NCBI GenBank assembly: GCA_963765205.1
Contig: CAVXVB010000004.1
Coordinates: forward strand, 192,001-256,000
Source: an uncultured Verrucomicrobiae bacterium
GTDB lineage: Bacteria > Verrucomicrobiota > Verrucomicrobiia > Opitutales > JABDGR01
Direction of reading: 5' to 3'
DNA length: 64,000 nt
Part shown: in pieces, positions 39,273-47,951 of the stretch
How the letters are laid out: each line of letters starts with the position of its first letter
Position numbering within the stretch: the first letter of the stretch is position 1
Position numbers and translations under genes: made by a program
Notes under the pieces: generated by a model
Databases searched by the model: none
What the model saw: only the letters and a program-made list of their open reading frames with translations
What the model was told of the DNA's origin: nothing

Positions 39273-39328
39273 GGTAGTTGGCCTCCGGGCGGGGAAAGGG
39301 ATGGGAGTGGGCTGGGAAAGAACGGGGA

Positions 39329-39616
39329 TTAGACGGCCGCGGCGGTGGGCGCGGCTTCGATGACGCGGATGACGCGCCAGCGTTTGAGCTTGCTGATCGG
39401 ACGCGTCTCCATGAGTTCGACTTTGTCGCCAAGTTTGCAGACGTTGGTCTCGTCGTGGGCGTGGAGCACCGTCTTGCGCTTGATTTCCTTTTGATAGATC
39501 GGGTGCGGGATTTTGTAGAAATACGTCACCTTGATCGTCTTGTCGCCGGAGCGGCTGGTGACAAGGCCGGTAATGTGTTTGCGCGTGGCGCGGGCGGTGG
39601 GAAGTTCGACGGACAT
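39329..39616 (-). CDS. rpsQ: 30S ribosomal protein S17
   Basis: [27 protein letters not shown]. Confidence 0.96.
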   Translation of the reverse strand: MSVELPTARATRKHITGLVTSRSGDKTIKVTYFYKIPHPIYQKEIKRKTVLHAHDETNVCKLGDKVELMETRPISKLKRWRVIRVIEAAPTAAAV

Positions 39617-39664
39617 GGGAGGGAAGGGGAAAATGGTAAATTACGAATTAAACGCGGAGCGCGC

Positions 39665-39886
39665 TTATTTGCTGGTGGCGGCGGTGGGCACGGCGGCGGC
39701 GAGTTCGCGCTGGCGCTTCAGGGTCTGGAGGCGGGCAATGTCGCGGCGGATCGAGCGGAAGCGGGAGGGGTTTTCCACCTGACCGCTGGATTGCTTGAGG
39801 CGCAGCCCAACCAACTCGTCGCGCTGCTCGACCAACTTGCGGTCGAGCTCGACAGGGGGGAGTTCCTTGAATTCTTTGGAGAGCAT
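39665..39886 (-). CDS. rpmC: 50S ribosomal protein L29
   Basis: GQVENPSRFRSIRRDIARLQT; position in operon. Confidence 0.93.
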   Translation of the reverse strand: MLSKEFKELPPVELDRKLVEQRDELVGLRLKQSSGQVENPSRFRSIRRDIARLQTLKRQRELAAAVPTAATSK

Positions 39887-40005
39887 GGTGGAAGCGGAAT
39901 GAAAGATGGAAGATGGAAAAAAAGCGGCTAGTGGAAGATGAGTTTGGCGGGGAGGAAGTGGGTTTGATTCTACCTTCTACCTCCTTCCTTCTCTATTCTA
40001 GTTTG

Positions 40006-40434
40006 CTAGAATTTCTCCAGCGCTTCGCGACTGATGAAGCGGCAGTGGAAGCCGAGTTTGGCGTCGGCGAGGGCCAGCGCCTCGCGCGCGGCGGAGGCGT
40101 TGACGCCACCGATTTCAAAGAGGATCGCGCCGGGCTTGATCACGGCGACGTAGAACTCGACGCCGCCTTTGCCGCGGCCCATGCGGGTTTCCGCGGGCTT
40201 TTTGGTGACGGGCTTGTGCGGGAACACGCGCATCCAGACTTTGCCGCGGCGGTTGAGGTGGCGGGTGATGGCCACGCGGGCGGCCTCGAGTTCGGCCGCG
40301 TGGAGCGCGCCGCGTTCGAGGGACTGGATGGCAAAGTCGCCGAAGGCCAGGCGGTTACCGCGCTTGGCGACGCCGCGAATGCGGCCTTTCATCACCTTGC
40401 GGTATTTCTGGGAAGCGGGTTGAATGTTGGCCAT
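40006..40434 (-). CDS. rplP: 50S ribosomal protein L16
   Basis: EAARVA, RVFPHKPVTKKPAETRMGRGKG. Confidence 0.97.
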   Translation of the reverse strand: MANIQPASQKYRKVMKGRIRGVAKRGNRLAFGDFAIQSLERGALHAAELEAARVAITRHLNRRGKVWMRVFPHKPVTKKPAETRMGRGKGGVEFYVAVIKPGAILFEIGGVNASAAREALALADAKLGFHCRFISREALEKF

Positions 40435-40443
40435 GACGGGGGA

Positions 40444-40583
40444 AAATTAAGAATTAAAAAGTAAGAATTAAGAAGGAGTCGGAGAAAAATGGCGGTCGTA
40501 GAGGCCAAAAACGGATGGCTGGGTGAAATGAGAGGAGGGTGCGTGGTTTTATTTTTTAATTTTTCCTTCTTAATTCTTAATTT
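40444..40583. repeat. inverted 7-mer arms (AATTAAG)
   Basis: aaaattaagaattaaaaagtaagaattaagaa versus ttttttaatttttccttcttaattcttaattt. Confidence 0.8.
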
Positions 40584-40586
40584 CGC

Positions 40587-41219
40587 TTACAGCCCTTCCT
40601 CATCCTTGCGGCAGATCCAGACTTTGATGCCGATTTTGCCCGCGACGGTGTTGGCTTCGACGAAGCCGTAGTCAATGTTCGCGCGGAGCGTGTGGAGGGG
40701 GACGCGGCCGGTGCGGACAAGCTCGACGCGGGCGATTTCCGCGCCGCCGAGGCGGCCGGCGCAACGCACGCGGATGCCTTCGGCTCCGAGCGCCATCGCG
40801 CTTTGGACGGCTTTTTTCATCGCGCGGCGGAAGGAGATGCGGCGTTCGAGCTGGAGCGCGATTTGTTCGGCGACGATGTAGGCTACGACGTCGGGCTTCT
40901 TGACTTCGTGGATGTCGAGCAGCACGTCTTTACCGGTGAGCTTGGCGAGGTCGGCCTTGATTTGTTCGAGCTGACGGCCTTTCTGGCCGATGACCATGCC
41001 GGGGCGGGCGGTGTAGATTTTGACGCGGACGCGGTTGCTGGCGCGCTCAATGAAGATGCGGGGCACGGAGGCGTAGCGGAGCTTGTCCATCAGGTGCTCG
41101 CGGATGCGGTAATCCTCGTGGACGAGGAGGGGCAGCTCCTTCTTGTTGGCATACCAGCGGGACTCCCAGTTGCGACGAACAGAGAGGCGGAAGCCGATCG
41201 GATTGGTTTTTTGTCCCAT
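40587..41219 (-). CDS. rpsC: 30S ribosomal protein S3
   Basis: MGQKTNPIGFRL, GRLGGAEIAR, GRVPLHTLRA. Confidence 0.98.
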   Translation of the reverse strand: MGQKTNPIGFRLSVRRNWESRWYANKKELPLLVHEDYRIREHLMDKLRYASVPRIFIERASNRVRVKIYTARPGMVIGQKGRQLEQIKADLAKLTGKDVLLDIHEVKKPDVVAYIVAEQIALQLERRISFRRAMKKAVQSAMALGAEGIRVRCAGRLGGAEIARVELVRTGRVPLHTLRANIDYGFVEANTVAGKIGIKVWICRKDEEGL

Positions 41220-41240
41220 GATGATGAAATGGCTGGCCGG

Positions 41241-41594
41241 TTACTCGGCGGCGGGGGTGGCGTTGTTGTCGGAAAGGATGATGCGGATGTGCGAGGTGTG
41301 CTTGTGAATGGGGTGGCCCGATCCTCGGGAAGCCGGGCGCATGCGCTTGAGGACGGAGCCTTGCTCGGTGAGGGCGCGCTTGACGACGAGGTTGGCCGAG
41401 GAAAGGCGGTGGTTGTTCTCCGCGTTGGCCACGGCGCTGACGAGCGTCTTGCGCACGAGGCGGGCCGTCTTGCGCGGGATGAACCGCAGCAGGTCGAGCG
41501 CTTCGGTGGCGGTCTTGCCTTGGATCACGCGCGTGATTTGCCGCAGCTTTTTAGGCGAGATGCGGACGTATTTGGTGAGGGCTTGAACTTCCAT
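41241..41594 (-). CDS. rplV: 50S ribosomal protein L22
   Basis: VRISPKKLR, SAVANAENN, TSHIRI. Confidence 0.96.
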   Translation of the reverse strand: MEVQALTKYVRISPKKLRQITRVIQGKTATEALDLLRFIPRKTARLVRKTLVSAVANAENNHRLSSANLVVKRALTEQGSVLKRMRPASRGSGHPIHKHTSHIRIILSDNNATPAAE

Positions 41595-41629
41595 GGCCGG
41601 AAATGGTGGAAAAAGTGGAGGAGAGCGGG

Positions 41630-42052
41630 TTATTGGGGCGACATCGAGGAGAGGCGGACTTCATCACCCGGAACTACGATAATGTTCTCGCGATTGGTAA
41701 TGAGGGCGGCGCAACGGGTATCCTCCGTGGCGACGACGACGAGTTGCGCGACCGTGGCGCCTTTGCGCTGGATGACGCAATCCACGCCGTTGCGGAAGCC
41801 TTGGTAGAGGCCGCCGTCGAGCAGAACCACATCGGCCTGGCCTTCGGTGATGTGGGCAATGTGCGCGCGGCCGGAAGGTTCGAGGGATTCGTCCACCCAG
41901 TCGGGATGATTGGGGTTGTGGGTGGGGCGGTAGGCGTCGGCGGGAAGCAGCGGCGGGCGCACGGGGGCAACCGACTGCGCCTGCGCCCAGCCGCCCGCGG
42001 CCAGCACAAGGGCGGCGGCGGTGAAAAGCACGGATGGGCGGAGGGTCGGCAT
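41630..42052 (-). CDS. hypothetical exported protein inside the S10 operon
   Basis: Signal peptide MPTLRPSVLFTAAALVLAAGGWAQA; beta-rich C-terminal domain with LDGGLYQGFRNG. Confidence 0.75.
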   Translation of the reverse strand: MPTLRPSVLFTAAALVLAAGGWAQAQSVAPVRPPLLPADAYRPTHNPNHPDWVDESLEPSGRAHIAHITEGQADVVLLDGGLYQGFRNGVDCVIQRKGATVAQLVVVATEDTRCAALITNRENIIVVPGDEVRLSSMSPQ

Positions 42053-42069
42053 GGTAAAATAAAAAAGAC

Positions 42070-42345
42070 TTAGACCTTTTTCTGGGTGTGGGGGTTGTGG
42101 CCCTTGAAGATGCGGGTCGGGGCGAATTCGCCGAGTTTGTGGCCAACCATGTTTTCCGTGACATACACGGGGATGAAGGCGTGGCCGTTGTGGACGTTGA
42201 AGTTCAAGCCGATGAAGTCCGGCGTGATGGTCGAACGGCGCGACCAGGTTTGGATCGGCTTGCGCGAAGCTTCCTTCTGCGCAACGTCTATTTTGTCCTG
42301 CAAGGACGGTTCGACGAAGTAACCCTTTTTTACGGAGCGGCCCAT
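42070..42345 (-). CDS. rpsS: 30S ribosomal protein S19
   Basis: [29 protein letters not shown]. Confidence 0.98.
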   Translation of the reverse strand: MGRSVKKGYFVEPSLQDKIDVAQKEASRKPIQTWSRRSTITPDFIGLNFNVHNGHAFIPVYVTENMVGHKLGEFAPTRIFKGHNPHTQKKV

Positions 42346-42377
42346 GGTGAATGAAAGTTGGTGGTGGGGAAAAAGGT

Positions 42378-43238
42378 TTAGACCGGCTTGACCTTGCGGC
42401 CGTTGCGGCGGGTGAGAATGAAGGCGTTCGAGGGCTTGCTCTTGACGCGAGTCGGATAGCCTTTGGCGAGCTGGCCCCACGGTGAGACGGGATGCTGCCA
42501 GCCGCCGCCACCTTTACTCTTTCCCTGGCCGCCGCCCATTGGGTGATCCACGGGATTCATGGACATGCCGCGCTGGCGGGGGCGCTTGCCGAGCCAGCGA
42601 TTGCGCCCGGCCTTGCCGAGGCTGCGGTTCTGGTGGTCGAGGTTGCCCACGACGCCGACCGTGGCGCGACAATTGGCGTGGACCCGGCGGATTTCACCGC
42701 TGGGAAGCTTGATCGTGGCGCTGTCGCCTTCGATGGCCATCAACTGCGCGCCGGCGCCGGCGCCGCGCGCGATCTGCGCCCCACGACCGGGGAGCATCTC
42801 GATATTGTGAATGAAAGTGGCGGGCGGCAGGTGGCGCAGCGGCAGCGCGAGGCCGACGGGATACTCGGTGACGATCTTGTCGGTGGAAATGATTTTGTCG
42901 CCGACTTTGAGGCCGTTGGGGGCGAGGATGTAGCGCTTGGCGCCGTCGGCATAGGCGAGGAGAGCGAGGCGGGCCGAACGGTTGGGGTCGTATTCGAGGG
43001 CTTGGACGGTGGCGGGAATGTCCTTTTTGTCGCGCTTGAAATCAATGATGCGGTAGAGGCGCTTGTGCCCGCCGCCGCGGCGGCGCGAAGTGATGCGACC
43101 GTAGCAGTTGCGGCCCTGGGCGCGGTGGTTGGCCACGAGCAGGGTGTTCTCCGGGTCTTTTTTCGACAGATCCTCGCGCGTGTTCTCAATGAGAAAGCGC
43201 TGGCCGGGAGTGAGGGGGCGGCGTTGTTTGAGGGCCAT
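42378..43238 (-). CDS. rplB: 50S ribosomal protein L2
   Basis: [34 protein letters not shown]. Confidence 0.98.
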   Translation of the reverse strand: MALKQRRPLTPGQRFLIENTREDLSKKDPENTLLVANHRAQGRNCYGRITSRRRGGGHKRLYRIIDFKRDKKDIPATVQALEYDPNRSARLALLAYADGAKRYILAPNGLKVGDKIISTDKIVTEYPVGLALPLRHLPPATFIHNIEMLPGRGAQIARGAGAGAQLMAIEGDSATIKLPSGEIRRVHANCRATVGVVGNLDHQNRSLGKAGRNRWLGKRPRQRGMSMNPVDHPMGGGQGKSKGGGGWQHPVSPWGQLAKGYPTRVKSKPSNAFILTRRNGRKVKPV

Positions 43239-43293
43239 GGGAGGGAGGAAGGAAAGTGGGAAATTACGAATTACGAAACGCAGCGGAAGCAGC

Positions 43294-43584
43294 TTACATG
43301 ACTTCGATTTTCTGGCCTTCGGCGAGGGTGACGATGGCGACTTTGCGGCGGTTGGTGCGCCCGGCGTGGCCGCCGAACATGCGGCCGCTCTTGCGCTTGC
43401 CGGGATGATTCAGGATGTTCACGCGCGCGACCTTGGTCTTGTATTTCGCGGTGACGGCGCGACGCACTTCGATGCGGTTGGCCGAGACGGCCACGTCGAA
43501 CACATACTTGTTCAAGTGGGCGTTGAGCGCCGAGGCCTTTTCCGTGATGCGGTAGCCTTTCAAAACGTGGTAGGGTTCTTTCAT
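43294..43584 (-). CDS. rplW: 50S ribosomal protein L23
   Basis: [24 protein letters not shown]. Confidence 0.94.
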   Translation of the reverse strand: MKEPYHVLKGYRITEKASALNAHLNKYVFDVAVSANRIEVRRAVTAKYKTKVARVNILNHPGKRKSGRMFGGHAGRTNRRKVAIVTLAEGQKIEVM

Positions 43585-43730
43585 GAGCGCGAAATTTTTA
43601 AATGATGAATTACGAAACGAGAGAGCGGGGATGAGCAGTGGGTAATAGGGCGAAACAAGAGCAAAAGTGAAAATGGAAAACTGTGTGGCTTTGGTTTTGT
43701 AATTAGTAATTCGTAATTTGAATTTCCAAT

Positions 43731-44354
43731 TTAGCCATTGGCCCGCGCCAGAATCTTTTGGAAGCCTTGCTCGCTGATCAGCACGCATTCGTGGCTGACG
43801 AGGTCGAGGGCGTTGAGGGAGGCGGCGTCCACCATGGCCACCCGGGCGAGGTTGCGGGCGGCCAATTGCGCGTTCTTCTCGAAGGTTTCGTCCACCAAAA
43901 GAATTTTGCCGGCGGGGTGGATGCGGGTGAGGACCTGGTTGATAACTTTCGTCTTGGGCTGGGCGGGGGTAATTTTCTCGATGAGGTTGAGGCCACCTTC
44001 ACTGGCTTTGTCGAACAGGGCGCGCTGGAAGGCGAGCTGGCGGACTTTCTGGTTGATCGTGAGGGACCAGTCACGCGGACGTGGGCCGAACACGACGGCG
44101 CCTTTGACCCAGATGGGGCTGCGGCGCGAGCCGTGGCGGGCGTTGCCGGTGCCTTTTTGACGCCAGGGCTTCTTGCCCGTGCCTTTGACTTCGCCAAAAT
44201 TCTTGGTCTTGGACGTGCCTTGGCGGGCGTTCGCCTGGTAGGCGACGAGGGTTTCCTTGAGCGCCTGGAGGCCTTTCTTGCCTTCAAACTCGCGCAGGGC
44301 AAAGTCCTTTTCCTGGGCATTCGCGCCGTCGGGGCTGTAAACTTTGAGCTTCAT
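43731..44354 (-). CDS. rplD: 50S ribosomal protein L4
   Basis: RQGT, KKPWRQKGTGNARHGS, FGPRPR. Confidence 0.97.
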   Translation of the reverse strand: MKLKVYSPDGANAQEKDFALREFEGKKGLQALKETLVAYQANARQGTSKTKNFGEVKGTGKKPWRQKGTGNARHGSRRSPIWVKGAVVFGPRPRDWSLTINQKVRQLAFQRALFDKASEGGLNLIEKITPAQPKTKVINQVLTRIHPAGKILLVDETFEKNAQLAARNLARVAMVDAASLNALDLVSHECVLISEQGFQKILARANG

Positions 44355-44393
44355 GGTCGTAAATTGGGTTGGGGGTGGGCGCGAGCCGGAGGG

Positions 44394-45050
44394 TTATTTC
44401 TTGGCCGGGGTCGTGGGTTGGCCTTTTTTAGCCTGGCGGACGACGACGAAGTCGCCAGTTGCTCCGGGCACGCTGCCTTTGATGAGCAGCAAGTTCTTGT
44501 CCTCGATGACTTTAACGATAGTCATATTCTGGGACGTGCGGCGATCCTGGCCCATGTGGCCGGGCATCCGCTTGCCTTTGAAAACGTGGCCAGGAGTCTG
44601 GCGCATGCCGATGGAGCCGGGGCGGCGGTGCATCATGTGACCGTGGGAGTCCGGCTGGCCGTCCATATTGTGGCGTTTCATAACGCCTTGAAAACCGCGG
44701 CCCTTGGTGGTGCCGATAATATCCACCAACGCACCCTCTGCGAACCTGTTGACTGTCAATACATCACCAACTTTGAACTCGGCTCCGTCCGAGGTGCGAA
44801 ATTCGCCCAATTGTGTGACGGGTTGGGCAAGACCGGCCTTTTTGAGATGGCCCAACTCCGGGGCGGTCATCCGGCGTTCTTTTTGCACCCAAAATCCAAT
44901 CTGGACGGCGCTATAGCCATCATTATCAACGGTTTTAACTTGCGTGACCGGGCAGGGGCCGGCTTGGACAACCGTGACGGGAACCAAGCGGTTCTCGCTG
45001 TCGTAAATCTGGGTCATGCCCACCTTTTTGCCGAGGAGGATTAAGTTCAT
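44394..45050 (-). CDS. rplC: 50S ribosomal protein L3
   Basis: LGKKVGMTQ, DGYSAVQIG, KGRGFQG, KGKRMPGHMG. Confidence 0.98.
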   Translation of the reverse strand: MNLILLGKKVGMTQIYDSENRLVPVTVVQAGPCPVTQVKTVDNDGYSAVQIGFWVQKERRMTAPELGHLKKAGLAQPVTQLGEFRTSDGAEFKVGDVLTVNRFAEGALVDIIGTTKGRGFQGVMKRHNMDGQPDSHGHMMHRRPGSIGMRQTPGHVFKGKRMPGHMGQDRRTSQNMTIVKVIEDKNLLLIKGSVPGATGDFVVVRQAKKGQPTTPAKK

Positions 45051-45384
45051 GGTGCTAAGTGGCAGGTGGACGGCTACGTCCCGCAGAGCGGGATTTGGCG
45101 GGCCTTCTTGCATTCCGACCGGGGTCGGAAACCTGCGTTAGGCGTGAAATGTGATGTGTGGAAAGTGGATTTTCGGGTGGAAAAGGTTCGATAAAATCGG
45201 AGCCGGCCCCGGTCGTCAAGTGCTAAAGGCCAGCGGCCAAACGCCGCGGACCTCGACTGCGAGGCTGCTTTCCGACTTTGCCGCCCGACCCGAGCAGGCG
45301 GCTGGAAAAGGATGAGGGAAACCTAAAAATGAACAGGGAAAGAGTTTGAATAAGGAGATAAACCAACGGCGCGTCAAGCGGAAT

Positions 45385-45840
45385 CTAGCCGGCGAGGAGG
45401 CTTTGGGGGAGCACCTGCTGGGGATTCTGGTTGGCGTTGAGCGTGGGAATGATCCAGGTGTCCGTGGGTTTGTAGAGGTTGAAACTGAACCAGACCGGGC
45501 CTTTTTCGAACTTCAGCACCGCATAAACGACTTCGGTGGAAGGGGTGAGTGCGACCGTTTTGTAAATCTCGTAGCCGATAAATTTGCCGTAGCCCTTTTC
45601 AAAGTCGCCCAGGGCGCTGAGGAGCTTGGCCTTCGTCGTGAGGTCGTCGTTCAGCGGGGAACCTTTGAACCAGACTTCCACGGCGGCGGAACTGGAGGTT
45701 TTATAGGCTTCGAAGCCCTTGGTGATAATATCGGGGGCGGCGGGGCCGCTGCTCATATTATTCAAGGTGGGCAGGGACTGGGCGAAACCGGGCGCGACGA
45801 GCGCCAGAAAGAGGGCAAGAGTGGCAAGGTGTTTTTTCAT
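45385..45840 (-). CDS. hypothetical exported protein
   Basis: Signal peptide [32 protein letters not shown]. Confidence 0.75.
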   Translation of the reverse strand: MKKHLATLALFLALVAPGFAQSLPTLNNMSSGPAAPDIITKGFEAYKTSSSAAVEVWFKGSPLNDDLTTKAKLLSALGDFEKGYGKFIGYEIYKTVALTPSTEVVYAVLKFEKGPVWFSFNLYKPTDTWIIPTLNANQNPQQVLPQSLLAG

Positions 45841-45984
45841 GGAGGAGGTGGAACAAAGCATATTTCAAGATGCAGGGCGAGGGCAAAAGATGTAAAAAAG
45901 TTTTCCTCCGCGGTGATTTGGGGGTGGGCGCGCCTTTGGGTCTTGGCGTCGGGCCGCGGGGTGTTAATAGTGGCCGGCGCGAAC

Positions 45985-47052
45985 ATGACCGAAAAAATTC
46001 CCACCGTGAAGGGTGCTGCGGCGTTGCGCGGGCCGCTCAACCAGCCGGCCACGGACGGCCCGGCGGCGGCGGCCGAGGCCGGATTGCGCCCACCCACGTT
46101 CGGCGATTTCACCGGGCAGGCGAAAACGGTCGAGCGCCTGCGCGTGATGGTCGGCGCGGCCAAGGCGCGGGGCGAGGCGCTGAACCACGTCCTGCTCTCC
46201 GGCCCGCCGGGCCTCGGGAAGACGACACTCGCCTTTATCCTCGGGCACGAGATGGGCCGCAAGGTGCGGATCACCTCGGGGCCGGTAATTGAGAAGGCCG
46301 GCGATTTGGCCGGGTTGCTGACGAATCTGGCCGAGGGCGACATTTTATTCATTGATGAAATCCACCGGCTGGCCAAGACGGTCGAGGAATATCTTTATTC
46401 GGCGATGGAGGATTTTCGCATTGATATCCTGATTGACCAGGGGCCGAATGCGCGCAGCGTGCGGCTGACGATCCCGCGCTTCACGCTGGTCGGCGCAACC
46501 ACGCGCACGGGTTTGCTTACCGCGCCGCTGCGCAGCCGCTTCACCCTGCAATCGCGGCTCGATTATTATTCGCGCGAGGACTTGGTGAAGATCGTGCGCC
46601 GCAGCGGGCGTTTGCTGGAGATGGATTTGCAGGAGGACGGCGCGCAAATCATCGCCACCCGCGCGCGTGGCACGCCGCGCATCGCGAATAATTTGCTGCA
46701 CTTTGTCCGCGACTACGCACAGCAGCGCTTTGCCGGCAAGGTGACGGCGGCGGCGGCCGAGGCCGCGCTCGAATTGCTCGAAATTGACAAGGCGGGCCTC
46801 GACGAGATGGACAAACGGATTCTGCGTGTGATGGCGCACAACCATCGCGGCGGCCCGGTCGGCGTGAACACGATTGCGGTGGCGGTCGGCGAGGAGGAGC
46901 ACACGCTCGAGGAAGTCCACGAACCGTTCCTGATCCAGGAAGGCTACCTGGCGCGCACCGCGCAAGGCCGCGTGCTGACGGCCAGGGGCTGGCAGGCCGC
47001 CGGCCTGCCCCCGCCGGCGAACGTGGCGGGCGGACAGGGGGAGTTGTTGTAG
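45985..47052 (+). CDS. ruvB: Holliday junction branch-migration helicase RuvB
   Basis: [45 protein letters not shown]. Confidence 0.97.
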   Translation: MTEKIPTVKGAAALRGPLNQPATDGPAAAAEAGLRPPTFGDFTGQAKTVERLRVMVGAAKARGEALNHVLLSGPPGLGKTTLAFILGHEMGRKVRITSGPVIEKAGDLAGLLTNLAEGDILFIDEIHRLAKTVEEYLYSAMEDFRIDILIDQGPNARSVRLTIPRFTLVGATTRTGLLTAPLRSRFTLQSRLDYYSREDLVKIVRRSGRLLEMDLQEDGAQIIATRARGTPRIANNLLHFVRDYAQQRFAGKVTAAAAEAALELLEIDKAGLDEMDKRILRVMAHNHRGGPVGVNTIAVAVGEEEHTLEEVHEPFLIQEGYLARTAQGRVLTARGWQAAGLPPPANVAGGQGELL

Positions 47053-47073
47053 GTTTTCAAAAAAACTTCCGTC

Positions 47074-47319
47074 ATGAAATCGAAACTCACCATCAAAGAG
47101 CATGAACGTATCGTGTTGACGACGCCGGTTTCCAGCGCGGGGTTGGAAGCGGGCGATGTCGGCACGGTCGTGCATGTTTACCGGGACGGGAAGGCCTTCG
47201 AGGTGGAGTTCGTGGCGCTGGATGGGCACACCGCGGCGGTGGTCACGCTGGAAGCAAACCAAGTGCGCCCGGTGAAGCGCCGGGAAATCACCCACGCCCG
47301 CGAATTGGCGACGACTTGA
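47074..47319 (+). CDS. DUF4926-like small protein
   Basis: KEHERIVL, GLEAGDVGTVVHVY, FEVEFVALDGHTAAVVTL. Confidence 0.8.
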   Translation: MKSKLTIKEHERIVLTTPVSSAGLEAGDVGTVVHVYRDGKAFEVEFVALDGHTAAVVTLEANQVRPVKRREITHARELATT

Positions 47320-47406
47320 TGACGCGGCTTACGCCGAAAATTGTAATACGACGTGCAATGGAATAAAGTTGCGCGCGTGAACTCGAATATCATAATTACG
47401 CTTTCA

Positions 47407-47850
47407 ATGGCCACCACGGCACAGACGAGTTTGGACTGGCGCTGGCTTATGCCGATGTTTATCGGTCTTTGGCTGGTCGTTTGTTTTTTGATGTCCTGCA
47501 TCGGCGGTTGGAATTCGCTGGCTAAAAGATTTCGCAGCACCAATACAAATGCGGGCCAGTCGTTTTCATGTGTTTCAATGGGATTAGGTCGCGGATTTTT
47601 GTCGGGTGGTTATAGAAGTTGCCTGTTCGTCAGTTTTGATTCGGTTGGCATCGCCATATCCATCTTCCCTTTGTGGCGTTTCTTTCACCCACCGTTGTTT
47701 ATACCGTGGAATGCGGTTTCTAAATGTAAACGAGAGCGGTTTTTGTTTTTGAATTACACGGCTGTTTACATATCTGAACCAGCGGTCAGGATGCAGTTTC
47801 GAGGACGATTGGGAAAAGAACTTTATGAGTTTTGGGGCGCGCGATCTTGA
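47407..47850 (+). CDS. hypothetical membrane protein (AT-richer)
   Basis: TM helix, GGWNSLAKRF, FHPPLFIPW; start uncertain. Confidence 0.65.
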   Translation: MATTAQTSLDWRWLMPMFIGLWLVVCFLMSCIGGWNSLAKRFRSTNTNAGQSFSCVSMGLGRGFLSGGYRSCLFVSFDSVGIAISIFPLWRFFHPPLFIPWNAVSKCKRERFLFLNYTAVYISEPAVRMQFRGRLGKELYEFWGARS

Positions 47851-47951
47851 GCCAAGACATGTCAAAATCATAGTTTGGAATCATGACACGGCCGAAAACC
47901 GCAATGTTTCGCACGGTTGACCTTTGTGCGAAATTGGATTGGCGTTGGCCG

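Noticed and set aside
45346..45984. N-terminal extension of RuvB
   Set aside because: It is antisense to the exported-protein gene 45385-45840; RuvB similarity starts near 45985.
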